DNA of 49,179 bases from Candidatus Microgenomates bacterium. Lineage in GTDB: Bacteria > Patescibacteriota > Microgenomatia > UBA8517. A program made the position numbers and the translations under genes. The stretch is from NCBI GenBank assembly GCA_049523135.1, contig JBEKNE010000001.1, positions 717,234 to 766,412 on the forward strand, in the 5' to 3' direction. Every line of letters starts with the position of its first letter. Position 1 is the first letter of the stretch. Positions 46,558 through 49,179 of this stretch are shown here, piece after piece. The notes beneath the pieces were generated by a model. The model did no database searches. It was given only the letters and a program-made list of their open reading frames with translations, and was not told the DNA's origin.

Positions 46558-46802
46558 TTTTCCTCCTTTAAGAGTTTGATTTCTTGGATCATCCACCCGT
46601 AGAATATTTTATTAAGCGAAAGGGCCGCAAGACCTGACACAAAAATTATCAATGCCCCAAAGAGAAAAGCATATCCGGTTCCTGTTTTCAACGCTAAACC
46701 GAATACATATAATAGAAAGTATAACGCGAAGGCATAGATGGCCAATATTACAATGCTTAAAACAAACAGTCCTAAAGCTGCAAGTAATTTTCGACTATTC
46801 AT
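46554..46802 (-). CDS. Small two-TM membrane protein
   Basis: 82 aa; AAGGAGG SD; two hydrophobic helices. Confidence 0.72.
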   Translation of the reverse strand: MNSRKLLAALGLFVLSIVILAIYAFALYFLLYVFGLALKTGTGYAFLFGALIIFVSGLAALSLNKIFYGWMIQEIKLLKEEK

Positions 46803-46831
46803 TTTTCCTCCTTCTTGGTTAACTTTTTGAT

Positions 46832-46945
46832 TTATTTGCTCTTTTTGTCAGATTTCCGTGTCTTCCACATCTTCCACAAACTGTAGATACTGATGCCAAG
46901 AGCAACTGCGATAAATGCAAAACCCAACAAATCTTGCCATAACAT
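46832..46945 (-). CDS. Single-TM microprotein (37 aa, not in the ORF track)
   Basis: MLWQDLLGFAFIAVALGISIYSLWKMWKTRKSDKKSK; GGAAAGGA 7 nt upstream; extended -10 TG-T-TATAAT at 47027-47019. Confidence 0.55.
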   Translation of the reverse strand: MLWQDLLGFAFIAVALGISIYSLWKMWKTRKSDKKSK

Positions 46946-47058
46946 AGCATTTTCCTTTCCGGGATTTTCCCTAATCAAAAATTTGAAAGTGCAAACGTAC
47001 TATTAGACGATTGAGGCGATTATAACACTTTATTATTTCCCCACAAAAAATCCCCAAT

Positions 47059-47087
47059 TTGACAAAGTATAAACCCACACATACAAT
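47059..47087 (+). promoter_or_regulatory. Near-consensus promoter TTGACA-N17-TACAAT
   Basis: TTGACA 47059-47064, TACAAT 47082-47087, ATG 47096. Confidence 0.75.
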
Positions 47088-47095
47088 CGCGGTAT

Positions 47096-47440
47096 ATGGC
47101 AGAACGGCTAAATCAAGATCCTTTTTATGATATCTGTAAAAAAGCTGACGATGAAGAAAGGGCTTCAATAAATCTAGGAAGAATACATTTCCTCGAGCAA
47201 GTTGATACTCTAAAAAAGCCCGGTGAAGTGTACATGGGTACCATCTGGGTCTCTGAAAATAAACCAATAAAAAATTACCGTCAGCACTTGATGAGCATAC
47301 ACCCAGATACAAAATTTAGACTTGTTAATCGAGCATTTGATGAGAATACTGGAGAGGAATTAACTACAGATGCATTTCCACGAGATAAAGACGAACCAAT
47401 AGAATATCCATTCTCAGTGTTTGTTTCAAAGAGATCATAA
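47096..47440 (+). CDS. Hypothetical protein (114 aa)
   Basis: Consensus promoter immediately upstream; globular composition. Confidence 0.7.
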   Translation: MAERLNQDPFYDICKKADDEERASINLGRIHFLEQVDTLKKPGEVYMGTIWVSENKPIKNYRQHLMSIHPDTKFRLVNRAFDENTGEELTTDAFPRDKDEPIEYPFSVFVSKRS

Positions 47441-47521
47441 AAAGTCTTTATTCTTTGAATACCCCACAAAAAATCTCCTCCTTTGCCAAGGCTTCGGAAG
47501 GGCAGGCCCCATTTTTCCACT

Positions 47522-47549
47522 AAAAAACCTCGATTTTATTCGAGGTTTT
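47522..47549 (-). terminator. Intrinsic terminator of the rRNA operon
   Basis: AAAACCTCGA/TCGAGGTTTT 10-bp inverted repeat with U-run, just downstream of 5S. Confidence 0.75.
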
Positions 47550-47582
47550 AGCAATTTGAAGATTTTATTTTTCAAAGCATTA

Positions 47583-47700
47583 TTCTGGCGGTGACATATT
47601 TTCGCGGTCAGTTGCCCGACAACTATCGTCTGCGCTAAAGCGTTTTACTTCTGTGTTCGGAATGGGAACAGGTAGTGCCACTTCGCACTAACCACCAGAA
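47583..47700 (-). rRNA. rrf: 5S rRNA
   Basis: TTCTGGTGG/CCGCCAGAA terminal helix, CCCATTCCGAACAC signature. Confidence 0.93.
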
Positions 47701-47876
47701 CGATGCCTTGAAAATTATTAGAATTTTAAAAAAGGAAGGTCGCGTCCCACAAATGTGTGGGATCGCAAGAAATCAATCTATTCGCACTGGTAGCCTTAAA
47801 CCCTTACGGGTCTTCCAGCGCCAGCCGATTAACCGGATATTCTTTCCGGGATTTAATATGGAATCCTAATCTTGGA

Positions 47877-47911
<35 letters not shown>

Positions 47912-47991
47912 ACATGGGAATGTAGCTACCCGGCGTTACAGCTGACGCTATAACCGGCACACTAGGGATTCCCCCAGGGAGGTCCTCTCGT

Positions 47992-48676
47992 CAATCGCTC
48001 CTTTATTACTAAAGGGATTAGACTATACCTTCACCCTCCTTCGCCATTTAAGGCTACTGAAGGGGCTAGCTTTATTATGGAAATACTTTCCATCTCGCCC
48101 TTACGGGCTCAGTCGTTACGGGGATACCTTTTTTTCAGAAATTCTTTTACGAATTCTGCCGTATATCGCTTCTTTGTTGTGGCATAATTGTATTTAGAAA
48201 TTTCATCCGATATTTTAGCTATTGCCAAAATATTAAAATCTTTTTCTTTTACAAGTTTAAGTGCTTTCAATGTAAGACTAACTTGTTTTTTCTTGAAATG
48301 AACAAATGGTTTAAGGATTGTTAAAATACGCTCTACTGATTCAAACCCTTCGATTTTAAGCTCGGTCATTAAATCATTTCGATTGTAAATATAACCAATC
48401 CCCAACCTTTCCTTTATCCACTTAAGACTTTCATCGTGCCCAGTTTTCTGAGCAAACGAGATAATAGTTCTTACACGAAAACCCAATTTGGAAGAAGTTC
48501 TTGGCTGCAACTGCAACCGAACGCTTCCATCGCCATCAAAAAAACCAGCAATATAGGAAATATCTTCCCTCGGTATTGTCCTGTATTTAGATAGGACCAT
48601 CATAATGATGATACAGGATTTCACCGATTTTGGCTAGAGTGACGCTGAAAATTACTCTTCAGCGCAGCAAATTTCT
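47992..48676 (-). mobile_element. Group I intron after U2656 (E. coli numbering) carrying a LAGLIDADG ORF
   Basis: P1 CAGU/GCUG with U:G, R-like GTAACGACTGA, S-like GAAGGTATAGTCT, P9 hairpin, terminal G at 47992; 685 nt. Confidence 0.88.
48109..48603 (-). CDS. Single-motif LAGLIDADG homing endonuclease
   Basis: ISYIAGFFDGDGS motif; ISFAQKT..., LGIGYIY; likely start ATG 48603 or 48600. Confidence 0.92.
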   Translation of the reverse strand: MMVLSKYRTIPREDISYIAGFFDGDGSVRLQLQPRTSSKLGFRVRTIISFAQKTGHDESLKWIKERLGIGYIYNRNDLMTELKIEGFESVERILTILKPFVHFKKKQVSLTLKALKLVKEKDFNILAIAKISDEISKYNYATTKKRYTAEFVKEFLKKRYPRND

Positions 48677-48728
48677 ACTGTCCCCAGCTCTCCTCAAGAT
48701 TCCAACGCTTCCACAGGATAGAGTCCGA

Positions 48729-49060
48729 TATTATTGTTAACTCATAATCGCTTATGAGATCCGACTATATCTTAACCGTCAAAATTATTTAACGGTTTCT
48801 GACATATAGTCTGTGAGGATTTCCTTCGATTCTTTTTCAAATCGCTCAGGATCTTTCCTGCTGATTGACCGCACTTGATGCTTTGTCACTCTTACGAGTA
48901 GCACAAGATTCACCGGTGTTTCCAGCATTTAGTCAGATTTATTACCAACTGGAGTTGGTATCTTATAACTAACAGAGAATTACCTTCATTTAAATATAAA
49001 TGAATTCAAAACGTGTATAAGAACGACAGCTCGAATGAACTACATATATCTTATAGTTTT
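48729..49060 (-). mobile_element. ORF-less group I intron after U2604 (E. coli numbering)
   Basis: P1 GACAGU/GCUGUC with U:G, R CACAGACTA (48815-48807), S AAGATATAGTCGG (48773-48761), P9 with GCGA loop; 332 nt. Confidence 0.9.
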
Positions 49061-49094
<34 letters not shown>

Positions 49095-49179
49095 TCACTT
49101 TAACGGGCGAACAGACCGACCCTTGGCACCTTCTTCAGCGCCAGGATGTGATGAGCCGACATCGAGGTAGCGAACCGCG

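Overview
A 49 kb window that reads as a Patescibacteria (CPR) chromosome, probably Microgenomates-like. This is an inference from gene content (PEGA/propeller protein, sortase, short LeuRS and S1, few Shine-Dalgarno sites) and intron-laden 23S rRNA; standard genetic code. It holds housekeeping genes (argS, leuS, rho, radA, S1, kinase, M16 peptidase), three tRNAs, two type II TA pairs each at a tRNA 3' end, a pseudogenised comEA-comEC-MBL competence operon, and the 3' part of an rRNA operon with two group I introns. The most striking block is 13184-31066: a protein made only of tyrosine-recombinase core-binding domains, a 2410-aa membrane-anchored fusion of such a domain to a phage-tail-fibre-like body, two paralogous giant surface proteins and an O-antigen-ligase/TPR protein. 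Other highlights: a pilin-like Cys-rich GGDEF protein, an intron in the sarcin-ricin loop, an intron apparently ending in A, recurrent leaderless promoters, two candidate ncRNA loci and a mini-array of small membrane proteins. All domain calls come from motif recognition by eye, not database searches.
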